The notes: generated by a model from the sequence alone, not told the origin. A stretch of DNA of 63,088 nucleotides, filler included, from Choristocarpus tenellus KU-1152 (GCA_964200185.2; 12 parts of 12 records of this genome joined end to end with filler, not necessarily neighbours in it), one strand, 5' to 3'. Shown: positions 39,915 through 52,044, counted from the whole stretch's first letter. A program made the numbers and translations.

Positions 39915-41317
39915 AAACCCCCCACATTTTCTTTCCTCGTGGTGCTGCTTGGGGCACGAGGCTCCCCTCCTCTTTCTCCACACCGCAGACCCCCCCTTGT
40001 CACCCACTCAAATCCTCACACCCTGCAGTACCCCATAAAGAAGACGTAGAAGTAGTGAATAACAGAATTATTGTTCGACAGTATTTTTTCAAGAGTTTTG
40101 TCTGAGTGTGCAATTGTCAAATCTGGTGTAGTTTTGTTGATAAACCATAAAGGAACTGAGCACGATTGAGGATGGTATTGCAAGGTACATCCAGGAGAGA
40201 AATAAATATTTTGCGGAATTAATACCTGCTGGATTCAGTGTTGGAAGTGTTGAGGTTGTCGATAGTGTGGACGGCTGTCCCCACGGTACAAGTAGTCAGA
40301 CACGAATAGAGGAAGTTCAAAGTAAGCAAGGAAAGAGATAGAAGGATTGTCAAGAGAGAGGGATGTTGGAATATTCCACACTGGACTAGCGGTTTTATGT
40401 GCATTGGTAGAGAACAGTAAATGGCTTGGTGTAAGTATACAATATATACGTTACAAGGGGCTTATCGTCTCAATTCCACTGACTGAACTTGTAGGGCTCA
40501 CAACTAGTGGCACCTATTACTATTCCTACAGTGTGGGGTTTGCAATTGTCCACACCAATTTACTATGAATCACTTATTTACAGGTCTTCAGTATAGCGAG
40601 CGTATTTAGAACATGACACAAATCAATGGACACTAGTGAGGCAATACATATGGTATATCTATCACTGACTCTCCATCCTATTGTCTACTCAACTGGCGGT
40701 GTCTTTAGTGTATCAGCAGCACTGTCCAAGGACAAAGGAGAGACCACCTGGTACCTTATAGAGCAGAGAAGGCACAACCTGACTTGAGGTTTCGTAAATT
40801 TCGGAATGGAGAACTCAAAGTCGTCAATCTGGAACGTACAAACAATGGAGGCAGTGAATGGTCAGAGATAAGAACGGGGTGGAGCATTTGTTGCACTGAT
40901 TATGATACGAGCTTGGGCCCAGGGATATGATACACTATCAGTATCGAACTCAAGAGAAAAGGCGAGGTGGAACATATGACTTTAAACTGTCCAGGCCGAA
41001 ATAGAAGGTCCTTTCCCGTGACGGTTAAAGTGTTCCAGGCGAATAGCGCGAGCATTTCTTTTCGTCTTCTAGAAAGCGTGAGCAGTATACGAGATTCGTA
41101 ACACATCAGTGGCCTCACAGAATAAATGCTGATTTCTTAGAAGTTGCAGGAAAGATTTGCATTTTGAGTACGGTTAGCAGATGTCTTCAATATGTATTCT
41201 GTAGAACTCTGGTGGATGATGCAAATAAAGATTCCTTTGACTGCCACCAAAGTACATCTTGACCCACTCTTTTTATCTCGATTAAACCTTAGGTCGAGCA
41301 TTGAGCTAAGCACTGAT

Positions 41318-41576
41318 GAGTGAAAGTATCTTAGAGGGTACGAGTTTTGCTCTGTTTGTCCATTTGGGGCTTGATTTCCTTCGGGGTTTTTATGACTTTT
41401 TCCCACTCCGAAATGATTTCGGCGTAGGTAATATATATACGTTATGAAAAGGTGTGTCCGGAACAAGGATATTGACACTTCCTAACAAGCACGATAGCCA
41501 AAATTACATCGAAATCACAACATTGGATTTTGACCCCCAAATGGACGCAGCTCTACCCTCTAAGATACTTTGGCTC
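41318..41576 (+). mobile_element. MITE family A, full copy
   Basis: Both TIRs present; 4-bp TSD TGAT/TGAT. Confidence 0.9.
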
Positions 41577-42737
41577 TGATTGAAGCATCGAGAGAAGAGT
41601 AGCTGACACCCAATCGTGGCTATCAACTGTGGACCCCCCATAGCGTCGTCTTAAGATCGTTGCGTTTGAGTTGTACACCCTGTGGAGGTGAGTTCGGGAG
41701 CACGCTGTAACAAAAGCAGCAGAGGTATTAATCGAACGAGCCTGACTGTGAAAAGGAGTCAATCCTACTATCGGCCGCCCATGCAGTAGAATATTTGGGC
41801 GAACAAATGATCAAGTTTCGATTACTGCTGTCAGGCAGGCAGTTCGAATGGGTTTAACCTTTATTGTGGGATACAAGCCCCTACAAAGGAAGGCCCAGAG
41901 ACAGCCAAGGACACTTTCTAAATTGAGTTATACATCTTAGAACAGCAAATCCAGGAATTGGGGGAGAATTAAAACTGGGTTCAACATATTATCACAAGAA
42001 AACAATCTTCCAGGTATCCTTCGAAAATGCTAGTCCAAAATATCTGACCAAAAATCGTCAAAATTATGGGGAACGCCATGTTTGGAGAGGAAGATTTTGG
42101 TAATATCTTGTGGAAAATAAGTAAAACTATAAAAAAGATATGGTAAATTTTGAAGAATGGATGACTTTTTGTGTATGGGGGATTCTAGATTGTTCCGTGT
42201 CACTCACTTCATACCCTTTTCGTCAATTAAGCGTGAAGATAATTGTGTTGTTGATTTCCACAATGCCTCACCCAGTGTGCATGACCTCGCGAAGATGTCA
42301 GTCTTACACATTGTACATCAACACATAATTACTACGGTATTCATAGCAGGGATTGAAGAATAGGAACAACAATAATTATGTCGGACTAGCAGTAAGTCTT
42401 TCCGTTATGTGTCTGGATTATCAACATTTGTTCCACTCTCTTATATGATATTCCACTTCTTGTTGGTGTTGCGTGTGTGGAAGGGGGGGTTGGAACACAG
42501 TTTATGGTTGCTCTTCTCCTCTATCTATCTTCTTCATTCATCCATTCATGCGTTATTGCTGATGTTGGTGCTCTCAGGGATGTTTCTCCACTCAACTAAC
42601 TACTACTAACACCATCATTTAGCCCAACCTTAAACCCTTAACCCTATTGGTCATTTCATCATCAGCAGACTCGAGGCAGTATGGACAAGAAAATACAAAA
42701 TCAGCAACTAACTTCGCCCGTATCCCCATTAGAATTA

Positions 42738-42796
42738 GACTCAAAGTATCTGGGAGGGGGTGATGGTTGTCCATTTGGGGCTAATTTTTTCATGAG
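42738..42796. mobile_element. MITE family B fragment at contig end
   Basis: GACTCAAAGTATCTGGGAGGGGG...GTCCATTTGGGG. Another B terminus lies at ~42930-42971 at the start of the next contig. Confidence 0.75.
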
Positions 42797-43190
42797 NNNN
42801 NNNNNNNNNNNNNNNNNNNNNNNNNNNNNNNNNNNNNNNNTTAATTAATTAANNNNNNNNNNNNNNNNNNNNNNNNNNNNNNNNNNNNNNNNNNNNGGGT
42901 ACACAAGTATTGACCATGAGCTGTAAGTCAAAAATGGATGCCGGCCCCCCCCCCCCCAGGTACTTTGACCCTTCATTCAATTTACCATTGAACCATCTAT
43001 TGACAGCATCAGTCTAAATTCTGTTTTTTCCCCAAGATTTAGCTTGCCAGGCATTTCGCCAATCTGTGTGTTTGATTGCAAGAGTTTTCTTAGTTGTACT
43101 CTCGATCACAGAAGAGGCATTCTCTTCATGACCGAACCTTTTCTTTTTTTCTCGTGTCATGCTCACTCTGATCGATGTGTTTCCTGTCAG

Positions 43191-46100
43191 GATACGATGG
43201 AGCTACGATTGTGCCGCGTTTTGCAACTTTCGTGTACTACAACTGCGTTACTCCTGAGGTACGAAACAAATGTGATACTTCCTTTTTTAGTTTGTGCCAT
43301 TGAGAACACCTGATGTCTACTCACAACTTCTTCACTATGGTATGTGTATGTTGAACCTGTCTTTATTTTGTCTGTTGTAAACAAGATGATCTTGGTGTTT
43401 TTCTGAAAGAACAAGGGAACTCTCTCCATTATGCATTTTTTTTTGGTGTGTCCGCTAGGGGTGGTTCAACTCTGTTATGCGTGGAATTTTTCTAACGATC
43501 ACTCATGCCAAACTCCCTTAATGAATCGTACGCAATGGTCAGTGCCTCATCAATGAGAATGAATGGATCAGGCGTGATACCTGTGGATGTGCGAACCTCG
43601 ACCCCTCCGTCACAGACCCTGGGGTGAGCCTGAGATTCCATGAATAGGATACTTGATGTATTACCACATGTTCTCACGTAAAACACTCCTGGGTGCCTTT
43701 TCATTGTGACAACAAGATGGAAGTGGTTTGAGATTTGATTGTACATTTTGAATAGAAGGTAGTTGATGATTCGTGCCATACAGTGCGAAGAGCTCCCAGC
43801 AACATATACCAAGTCCCCTCCCTCCTTTCTGAATTTGCACCCCTTTCGTCTTTTGCTCAGACTTGCTCAGAATGCGATGGTGACATTCAGTCCTTCGGGT
43901 CGCTGGATAACCTTATTGCCTGGGAAAAGGAGGCAACCACAAGGCAAATCCTCAGTGGTTTCCGTGACAAGTACATGTTCCACCAGGTGTGTTTGGTTGT
44001 TTGGTGTGTGCACTATATTAGCATTATGGTGAGACGCCTGATTTTCATGTTAATTGCCTGTAGTGGTAGTTAATAGATTTTCTTGTATGACTGCTTCTGG
44101 TTTGTACAATACCAGAAGTGCATCATTATTGATGCAGCCTATTTTGATATAGTTTGTATAGGTGGAGTTCTGTTCTTTCGACTGCAAGAAGATGTACAAG
44201 ATAGATCCAAACGATTGGTGAAGAGTCCAAGACAAAGAGGATAGCATTATTTCAGTAGGATGCCCTTGGTGTGAACGGTCCTCTTACCCCAATAATCTGG
44301 GTTGTCTTTTACCGTTAAGATCGTTGTCGTTGGTCAATGTGTATTTCATCTCCTTCCCCCTCCCACTTCGCGCTTGACTCGTTTCATTGGAAAGGCGAAC
44401 GTAGTGCCTACTACGATTGATGGTTCCACAAAATCTCTCCTACAATACTGGATGGAGGAAATGATGTCCGAGATCACTTCGTTCATAAAGCTTCCCATCA
44501 AGGTATGCCTAGTGACTACCGATTTTTCTCTCTGTAGAAAAGTCAAGTTAGGACTTGTGATTTACTAAAAAATGTTGGTAAGCATTGTTATATCTCCAAA
44601 GAAACATCCAACAATCTTCCTGAGCTTGAACTCCCTCCTCTTTCATCATACTCCAATATGCGATGATACTGTTGCCATGTATTGTTCTTAATTGAGAGCA
44701 CTTTTTCGTCATCTTTGTGATGCATGCTTCAGACTCTCAAGTTCGATCACCTGTGCGAGAACTTCAACTGGCATGAGGCCCTGGACGACGCTGCTCCTCT
44801 TCTGAAGGCCAGCAAGGACACCACTACAGGTGAGGTTTTGAGTTTTTGACCACCTCAAGTGCACCGCCTTGTTGTCCACAGATCTAGGAAATCCGTAGTG
44901 CATTCTTGGTATATTTGAAGCAAAATAGAGGTGTATAGCCGACATAGATTTAGGATCTGCATCTCCTTGAGATGCAAGATCAGACAGTAAAACAAGGTTT
45001 CTCTGCATCCACTTTATTGCTAGTCTTCTTGCGTAGGTGGACATTTGCCTTAATGAATGTTTCTGTTTGTAGTGTTCTAGTGGAGATACAAAAATAATGT
45101 TGCTGATCAGCTGTCAATTGTTTTGAATTTGGCAGTATTCACGTTTGTGCAACCTGCTTGGAGGAATGCAACTGAATGTCGTTTGAGGATAGGTTCAATT
45201 GGTGAAGTATAAGACTGTATCTAGGAAGTTTTTTCTGGAATATTTTTGATCTTTTGGCATTAGATAGAAGCCTTCATCCTGTTGATATTGTTATTGCTCT
45301 TGCTATGATTCTCCCATTTCTCGTCCATCCTTGAAATTATAGTTGGGAAAGGGAAAGTAGAAACCTTCAGTTAAATCAAAAGTGAGATCGGCTGGTGCTA
45401 CATAACACTTGGTAGTCCATTTTTGTCCTAACAGGTGATGTTACCAGTGTCAGCATTTCTTCTGGAAGCTATGGATATATTCCCTTCACCGTTCCAGATG
45501 GCATGACTGTAAGTGTGCACAATGTTTTTCTTGATACGTACTCTTGTCATATTATACCAGCTATCACCAATGTGGTGTGTCTTTGTAATTTTTTGTAGTG
45601 CATGATAGTTTTGTGTGTGTTGACTCATGGAGCTGGCTGGAGCAGAATTATATGTTCCATACTGACCCGACTGTTAATTCATACACAATTAAGTGGCAAA
45701 AAATGATGTGACTGCCGTACGTTCACCACTGCTTCCCTTCTTGTTCATCTTTCCTTTCTAAAACCTGTCAGGTCGATGTCTCTAGTTTTGCAGGTTCAGA
45801 CAGTGTTATCTATGGCACTGACATGACGCATTACCTTGCAACAGACGCCAGCCTTATCCAGACCTACAAGAGCGAACCGCCAACGTGAGTCTTCATCACA
45901 TACGAGCATTAAGTTTCAGACTAGTATATAAGTAGAGTCCACAGAAGCAAACTTGTTGGGTATGCAGTTTCTGTAGTAGTATGTCATGGTCTTGGGCATG
46001 AGGAAGATTTAGTGTGGGTTGTATCAAGTGCAAGCAAGGATACTTCCCCTTTGAGCTTCCATTTGTACACTTACTTGGCGTTTGGTGCCTCATTTTTAAT

Positions 46101-46761
46101 GTCAAATTCTTCCCTGTTTTTGCGTTCTTGACAAAATAATACTTCTCAGTCACTCCGTGGACTTTGCTCGAGCTGTTTCAGCTTCTTTATGAATTCAATA
46201 TGGAAGGCCATATCCTGGGAGGGGCTGTTGGGAACATATATGTGGTCTAGATAGTCGATCTTATGTGTAGAGTTAGTACTAGAGTTGCCACATTTTCTTT
46301 GTCCTTGTTCAAGAATATTCCTCACTTGGGGACATGTTGTCGGGAGTTTCATGATCTTCCACAACCTGATATTTGCACAAATTCAATGCCTCAAGAGTTG
46401 ACAGGGTGCTAATTTGTTTTTTACACAGTCTCTATGCACTCGATGATGACCACCTCTGTATGTATCATCATGTATTCATTAATGTTGGCTGCTCTCCGCC
46501 TCTTCCTCACCCTCAATCTCAGCTCGGCGGCACCACAACTGATACAAGCTGAAGTTACACCGGCTCCAGTCACACCGGCCCCAGTCACACCGGCTCCTGT
46601 CACACCGGCTCCTGTCACACCGGCCCCAGTCACACCGGCTCCGGTCACACCGGCTCCGGTCACACCGGCTCCAGCAACAGTGACTTCTCCTGTTGCCTCC
46701 CCAACACGCAGCCCATCACGTCGGGGAGGGGGAGGAGGTGGGAGGGGAGGGGGAGGAGGTG
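43191..46761 (+). CDS. Agd3-like (CE18) polysaccharide deacetylase, C-terminal part, with Pro/Thr stalk (spliced, partial)
   Basis: Eight phase-compatible exons: 43191-43258 (YDGATIVPRFATFVYYNCVTPE), 43543-43623 (CLINENEW...), 43861-43986 (...TTRQILSGFRDKYMFHQ), 44395-44502 (ANV...SLLQYWMEEMMSEITSFIKLPIK), 44733-44829 (TLKFDHL...), 45435-45508, 45772-45884 (YGTD), 46523-contig end. The motif series PRxATxxYYNC / YMFHQAN / SLLQxW matches the Agd3 family as I recall it. Confidence 0.75.
46554..46673 (+). repeat. Coding 15-bp tandem repeat, (VTPAP)8
   Basis: GTYACACCGGCYCCN x8; all variation is at synonymous positions. Confidence 0.9.
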
Positions 46762-46861
46762 NNNNNNNNNNNNNNNNNNNNNNNNNNNNNNNNNNNNNNN
46801 NNNNNTTAATTAATTAANNNNNNNNNNNNNNNNNNNNNNNNNNNNNNNNNNNNNNNNNNNN

Positions 46862-47119
46862 ATGGTCTGGGGGCGGGCGAAGCACTATGTACGGGGCCAC
46901 TGTGACTACACGTTGCCTGGAATGAGAGCCGACATTCCTGTAAGTCTTATGGAGGAAGGGGGGTTATCCAGAGTAATTGTAAAGAGGTTCTTCAGGTTGA
47001 GCATTGCTTACCACCTGATATATTCCAACGAGAAAGGCATGGAGTGCACCAAATTAGATTGGGTGAACAAAACATTTAAGTCTTGCAGGAGACCTGCACC
47101 TTCAGAATACCTCATTTGA
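46862..47119 (+). mobile_element. IS630-Tc1-mariner superfamily DDE transposase, C-terminal fragment
   Basis: MVWGRAKHYVRGHCDYTLPG...IVKRFFR...AY...KTFKSCRR resembles the segment following the catalytic (ELNPI)E in PKFHCELN-type transposases (WGxAKxYxRxxCDYS...KKYKSHRR). 5' part cut off by the contig start. Confidence 0.7.
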
Positions 47120-47499
47120 CTTGGCATGGATCGTCTGGTTCAGAGGCCTGGGCCTCATGAGTGAGCCTTAGCCAGCAGGTGACAACATCGTATAAACGGG
47201 AAATAATGGAAAGAGAATGGAGAGACAACAACGCCCATGTTCTCGGGGTGAAGATGACTTCTTCAGGCGTGAAAATCATACTTGAATGCGCGGTTCGCGC
47301 GCGCCGCATGGCACCCCTATGCGAACCGTTCGAGCGGACAACTTGATCTAAGTATATGGTCTTGTATTTCTCACGATTACTGCAAGTTGGCCGACCGAGA
47401 CCCATCAAGTAAGGTTAAGCATGCTGATGCGATTACAACAAACGAATTTTCATGAAAAAAAGTGTTGTTGATCAATAGTTATGGAACGACAAAGTTGAT

Positions 47500-49766
47500 G
47501 CAGGAGGCGACTGCCAGCACTGCATTCTACCTGTTCTTGTAACCGTCAAAGAGGACCTACAATACTAGATGTTGCTACTCGTACTTTGTTGTACTAACGT
47601 TATGACTGCTCAGAAGGACCTCGTTATTACCATATTTTTCCGTTTCTTCTACTCTGTAATACTTTGCAACTGGTTGCGAAAGTAAGCAATAGTACATTTT
47701 TTTCCCTACTATATAGTGGTGCCTTGTTTATGTTACTAGGGAAGAAAAAGAACCAAATGACCAGATTCTCCATTTCCATACCCTGCTGTGTTTGTTTTGT
47801 AACTGTCGAAGAAGAGTGTTAATGCCAGCTACTCTCATTTGCATTTCTTTGTACTTGCTTTATAATTGTAACAGAGGACCTACATTACCAGTTTTTTATT
47901 TCTACTACGTAGTACGTCTATTACATCAAGCGAAGAGGAGTTACATACCCAGGAATTGTCTTTTCTACGTGCTGCACACTCACTTTGTAACTGCGAAAGA
48001 GGAGATACTTTCCGAATTTTTCTATTTTTAATCTGTTCCACTTTGCAGCTGCCACAGAGAAGATACATGTACCAGATATTTCCATTTCTGCTCTGTTGTA
48101 CCTCCTCTATTACATCCACAGACAAACTGCTTCCCAGATTTTCCACTTTTGTTGTGCCAAAGTTATTGATAACGAAGAGCTACATAAACAGATTTTGTTG
48201 TTTTATCCAGTTATGTCGATTTTGTAACAGGTAAAGAGGAGCTACGTTGGCGGATTTCTCCATTTCTACTCGATTGTACCTGTGTTTAACTGTCCAAGAG
48301 AAGCTACATCACCAGTTTTTTTTCATTTCTAAGCTGCTGCTTGTTTTGTAGTAATTACCAAAGACGAGTCACATTCCAAGATGTTCCCTTGTCTACTCTG
48401 ATGTACTTGTTTCGTAACTGCCGAATACAGCTACAATACTAGAGGTTCCACTTCTCTACTCTATTGTACCTATTTGTCACTACCGAAGAACTGCATCGAC
48501 AGGTTGGTCCGTTTCTAGTCTGTTGTACTTGCTTTGTGAGTGTCGAAGAAGAGCAACATCACCAGATGTTTCAATTTTTTGTCTCTTTGCTTGTTTTGTA
48601 AATGCTGAAGAGGAGCTACATCACCCGGTATTTCCATTTCTAGTCTCTTGTGCTTGTATTTTAACTGCCGAAGACGTACCACCTTCATTCCAAGGTGTTC
48701 CTATTTGTACTCTGTTGTACTTGTTTTGTCAATACCGAAGAGATACATCAGATTTTTTCGTTTCTAGTCCCGTTGGACTTGGAGTGAAAGTATCTTGGAG
48801 GGTATGATTTTTCCCCTCTATATCCATTTAGGACTTGATTTCCCACAGGCTTTTAATGACTTAATACCTACTACTCAAAATGGTTTGGAGTAGGTAAAGA
48901 TGTACATGCTATGAAAAGGTGTGTCCGGAACATGGATATTGACATCTCCTAACAAACACATAGCCAAAGTTACATCAAAATTGTAACATTGGTTTTTGGC
49001 CCCCAAATGCACGCGGCCCTACCATCTAAGATACTTTGATTCTTGTTTTGTAACGGTGAAAGAGAAGCTACATTACCACATTTTTCTACTTCTACTCTGT
49101 AGTGCCTGCTTTGTAAGTGCCGAATATGAGGCACGTTCCAACAAGTTCCCATTTCTACTCTATTGTGCCCGTTTTGCAACTGCTGGAGAGCTGTATCACC
49201 AGCGGTTTCCAATATGCTTGTTTTACAATGGGCGAAAAGACGAGAGACGCTCCCATTTCTACACCATTTGTACCTGTTTTGTAACTGTTGGAAAGCCATA
49301 TCACCGGTTTCCATTTCTACTCTGTTGTACCTATTTGTCACTATGGAAGAGCTGCATCAACATGTTTTTCCGTTCGTAGTCTCTTTGGTGCTTGTATTGT
49401 GTCTTTGGAAGAGGAACTACATCACCACTTTTTTGCATTTCTACTCCGTTGTGCCTGTTATCAAACTACTCGAGGGGGTCTAACATATTGATTTATCCAT
49501 TTATACTCTTTTGTACAAGTTTGTGATAGTAGTCAGAGAGGAACTACTACTTGATCAGCTTTTCCTTTCTGCTCTATTGTAGCTAGTTTGAAACTGCCTC
49601 AGAGGAGATACATTTCCAGATTTTCCCATTCGTACTCTTGATATACCTACTTTGTAACTGCCAAAGTGGAGTTCCCATCACCAAACGGTTTCCCTTTCTA
49701 CTCTGTTGTACCTAGTTTGAAACTGCCTCAGAGGAGATACATTTTCGGATTTTTCCATTCGTACTC
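47500..49766 (-). repeat. Degenerate ~60-65-bp tandem array (~30 units), LRR-like on the minus strand, interrupted by a MITE
   Basis: Plus-strand consensus ~GAGGAGCTACATCACCAGATTTTCCATTTCTACTCTGTTGTACTTGTTTTGTAACTGCCGAA, with unit starts at ~47875, 47935, 47999, 48174, 48236, 48298, 48548, 48610. Confidence 0.85.
48782..49042 (+). mobile_element. MITE family A inserted in the tandem array
   Basis: 3-bp TSD TTG/TTG. Removing the element and one TSD restores the array consensus ACTTGTTTTGTAAC. Confidence 0.85.
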
Positions 49767-49919
49767 TTGACACACAAAGCGGGTGTAGGAGGGCTCATGA
49801 GGTGTTGTGGTAGGAAAGATTGGTTGCTATGCGTAAGGAAAAATCCTGCCACTGGTGCCCTTTCCCGATATTCATGTCGCTGCGTAGCAGTCTCCTTAAG
49901 GGGCCTATTAACAGCAGCT

Positions 49920-51081
49920 TCAACAAAGTCCCTCCTCAGGCTGCAAAGACGTGCACCGCATGAGTGGAGGGCTCAATGGCATTGCAGGATATGATGTTAA
50001 GGAAGGGCAAGACTGTTTAGTGGTATTTACACAACGTTGAAGCACGCTGCTATTGGGTACTACTCCTTTTACCCATAGTATCTGGATGGCATTCACTTGT
50101 TCTAAGCGTAAAATTTGCCAATTGTTCAGAATACGAAGTTGTGATTTTTTTTTCTGAGGGCGTCTATCATGGAGTACCAAAAAGATTGAGTCAAATATAT
50201 AGTCGATGCGCAAACCATTTATCAACTCAAGTGCTGAACCAGTGACCGAGAAGTACCCCCCCACATCATTTCTCTGTTGGTACTCAGACAGTGTCGCAAA
50301 ATATCTCGCCGTTCCGTACCTATTTTTCCCCAAGTGCGAGGAGGTGAGAATGGAGTGGATACAGAGGAGCAAGCCACAGGAGGACGAAAGGAGAGAGCTT
50401 AATTGTTGAGCATCAGTGAGTAAAAGTCTGGGACAACTCGAACTGTCATCGTCTACTCTCTCGAATGCCTTTCTTATGATGTCATATCTCGAGATGGTTG
50501 TATGAGAGTGAAGTGCTGAATGTCTTGCGGTAGGAACACAACAAGACGCGCAGTGTGGAAAGAGGTCTCTTGTAGACATGATTAGGGACTGGGATGACAG
50601 TGATGGAGCTATTCTCCTGAATGACGAAACTTTGGACCTAATGTTTGACACGGTTCAGGATAATATAAATGTGATCCGACTACGCCGATCTCATCAGCCT
50701 AACCATAGACTAGAATCTTCGCAAGTAGGCAAGAATCGTAAAAGGTTCCCAAAGTATATCCAGGGTATCGAAAAGGTCACTTCCAAGAGCGCAAAAACAT
50801 GCGCGAACTACAAAGCCAGGAAACGAGCAGGACGAGCCTTTGCTAAATAGTACGAGACTGCGTTTGCACAACTGATCTCCCAGGTAGACCAACTCGTGTC
50901 CCACCACTGCAACCTGTACACGTTTTCCTTCCTGAGGAGAAACCTTCTCAATCCAAACAATATAGTCACCATCCATCCTAGCATAGAATGAGGAAGACGA
51001 ACAGCGCAATATGCAGCAGCAGACAATAGCTTCTTGTTCAAAGTATTCTTCTTGTCTTCTATTCGAAGTACCTGTGGACAA
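49920..51081 (-). other. Unidentified coding-like region (possible spliced gene or pseudogene)
   Basis: 243-aa minus-strand ORF plus exon-like segments after pyrimidine/AG acceptors (VLRIEDKKNTLNKKLLSAAAY...; YGTARYFATLSEYQQRNDVGGYF...). No family recognised. Confidence 0.25.
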
Positions 51082-51524
51082 CTTGATAGTTAGGGTGGTA
51101 CATTTTAAGCCTGTAGAATGTAGAATGGGATTCCTGGTGTTGTTGTACGTATCTCCAGAAGAATATTAATAGGACAGGTACCAAAAAAGATTGGTTATTG
51201 TTGGAGTGTGTCTCATATTGTACTCCGGAGTAGCTATTGTAGTATTCAAGTCAGTTCACTTCCTTCAGTGTGGGTGACGAAATTTGTTGTTTACCTTGAA
51301 GCTTGTTACACTTCTTACCAGGAAAATGGCCTGCCCGTCCAACAACATAGAAATACTATTCTTAGGTCCAGTATGAGAAAAATATACGATACTGCGATTC
51401 AATGTCTTGACCCAGCAGGGTTTATCATAAGATGATGTTGAGGAAACGCACCCGAGAAGGAGATGTTTTTTCTAGGTGACTGATCAGATTGTGCACCTAC
51501 TGTTGATGACGATACTTTACTAGA

Positions 51525-52044
51525 GAGTCAAAGTATCTTAAAGGATAGAGCCGCGTCCATTTGGGGACCAAAATCCGATCTTGCAATTTTGATGTAATAT
51601 TGGATATCATGTTTGCGGGAGATGTCGATATCCTTGTTCCGGACACACCTTTTCATAACATAAACATTTTACCTACTCCGAAATATTTTGGAGTAGGTAA
51701 AATGTCAGAGTGAAAGTATCTTAGAGGGTACTAGTTTTTCCCTGTTTGTCCATTTAGGGCTTGACTTCCCTCGGGTTTCTTTTATGACATTTTCCTACGC
51801 CAAAATATTTCGGAGAAGGTAAAATGTGCACGTTATGAAAAGGTGTGTCCGGAACAAGGATATTGACACTTCCTAGCAAACACAATAGCCAAAATTACAT
51901 CAAACTTGCAACATTGGATTTTGCCCCCAAATGGATGCGGCTCTACCCTCTAAGATACTTTGACTCTCATAAAAAACCCATTGGAAGCCAAGTCCCAAAT
52001 GGACAAACAGGGAAAAACTCGTACCCTCTGAGATACTTTCACTC
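51525..52044 (-). mobile_element. MITE family A, host of a nested copy
   Basis: GAGTCAAAGTATCTTA...AGATACTTTCACTC; 3-bp TSD AGA/AGA; interrupted at 51708-51966. Confidence 0.85.
51708..51966 (+). mobile_element. MITE family A, nested in opposite orientation
   Basis: Both TIRs present; 3-bp TSD TCA/TCA within host AAAATG-TCA-TAAAA. Confidence 0.9.

Noticed and set aside
43492-46663. Minus-strand ORFs, including (GAGVT)n
   Set aside because: Antisense or intronic shadows of the plus-strand Agd3-like gene.
47500-49766. Possible CRISPR-like repeat-spacer array
   Set aside because: Similarity spans the whole unit; there is no alternation of invariant repeat and unique spacer.
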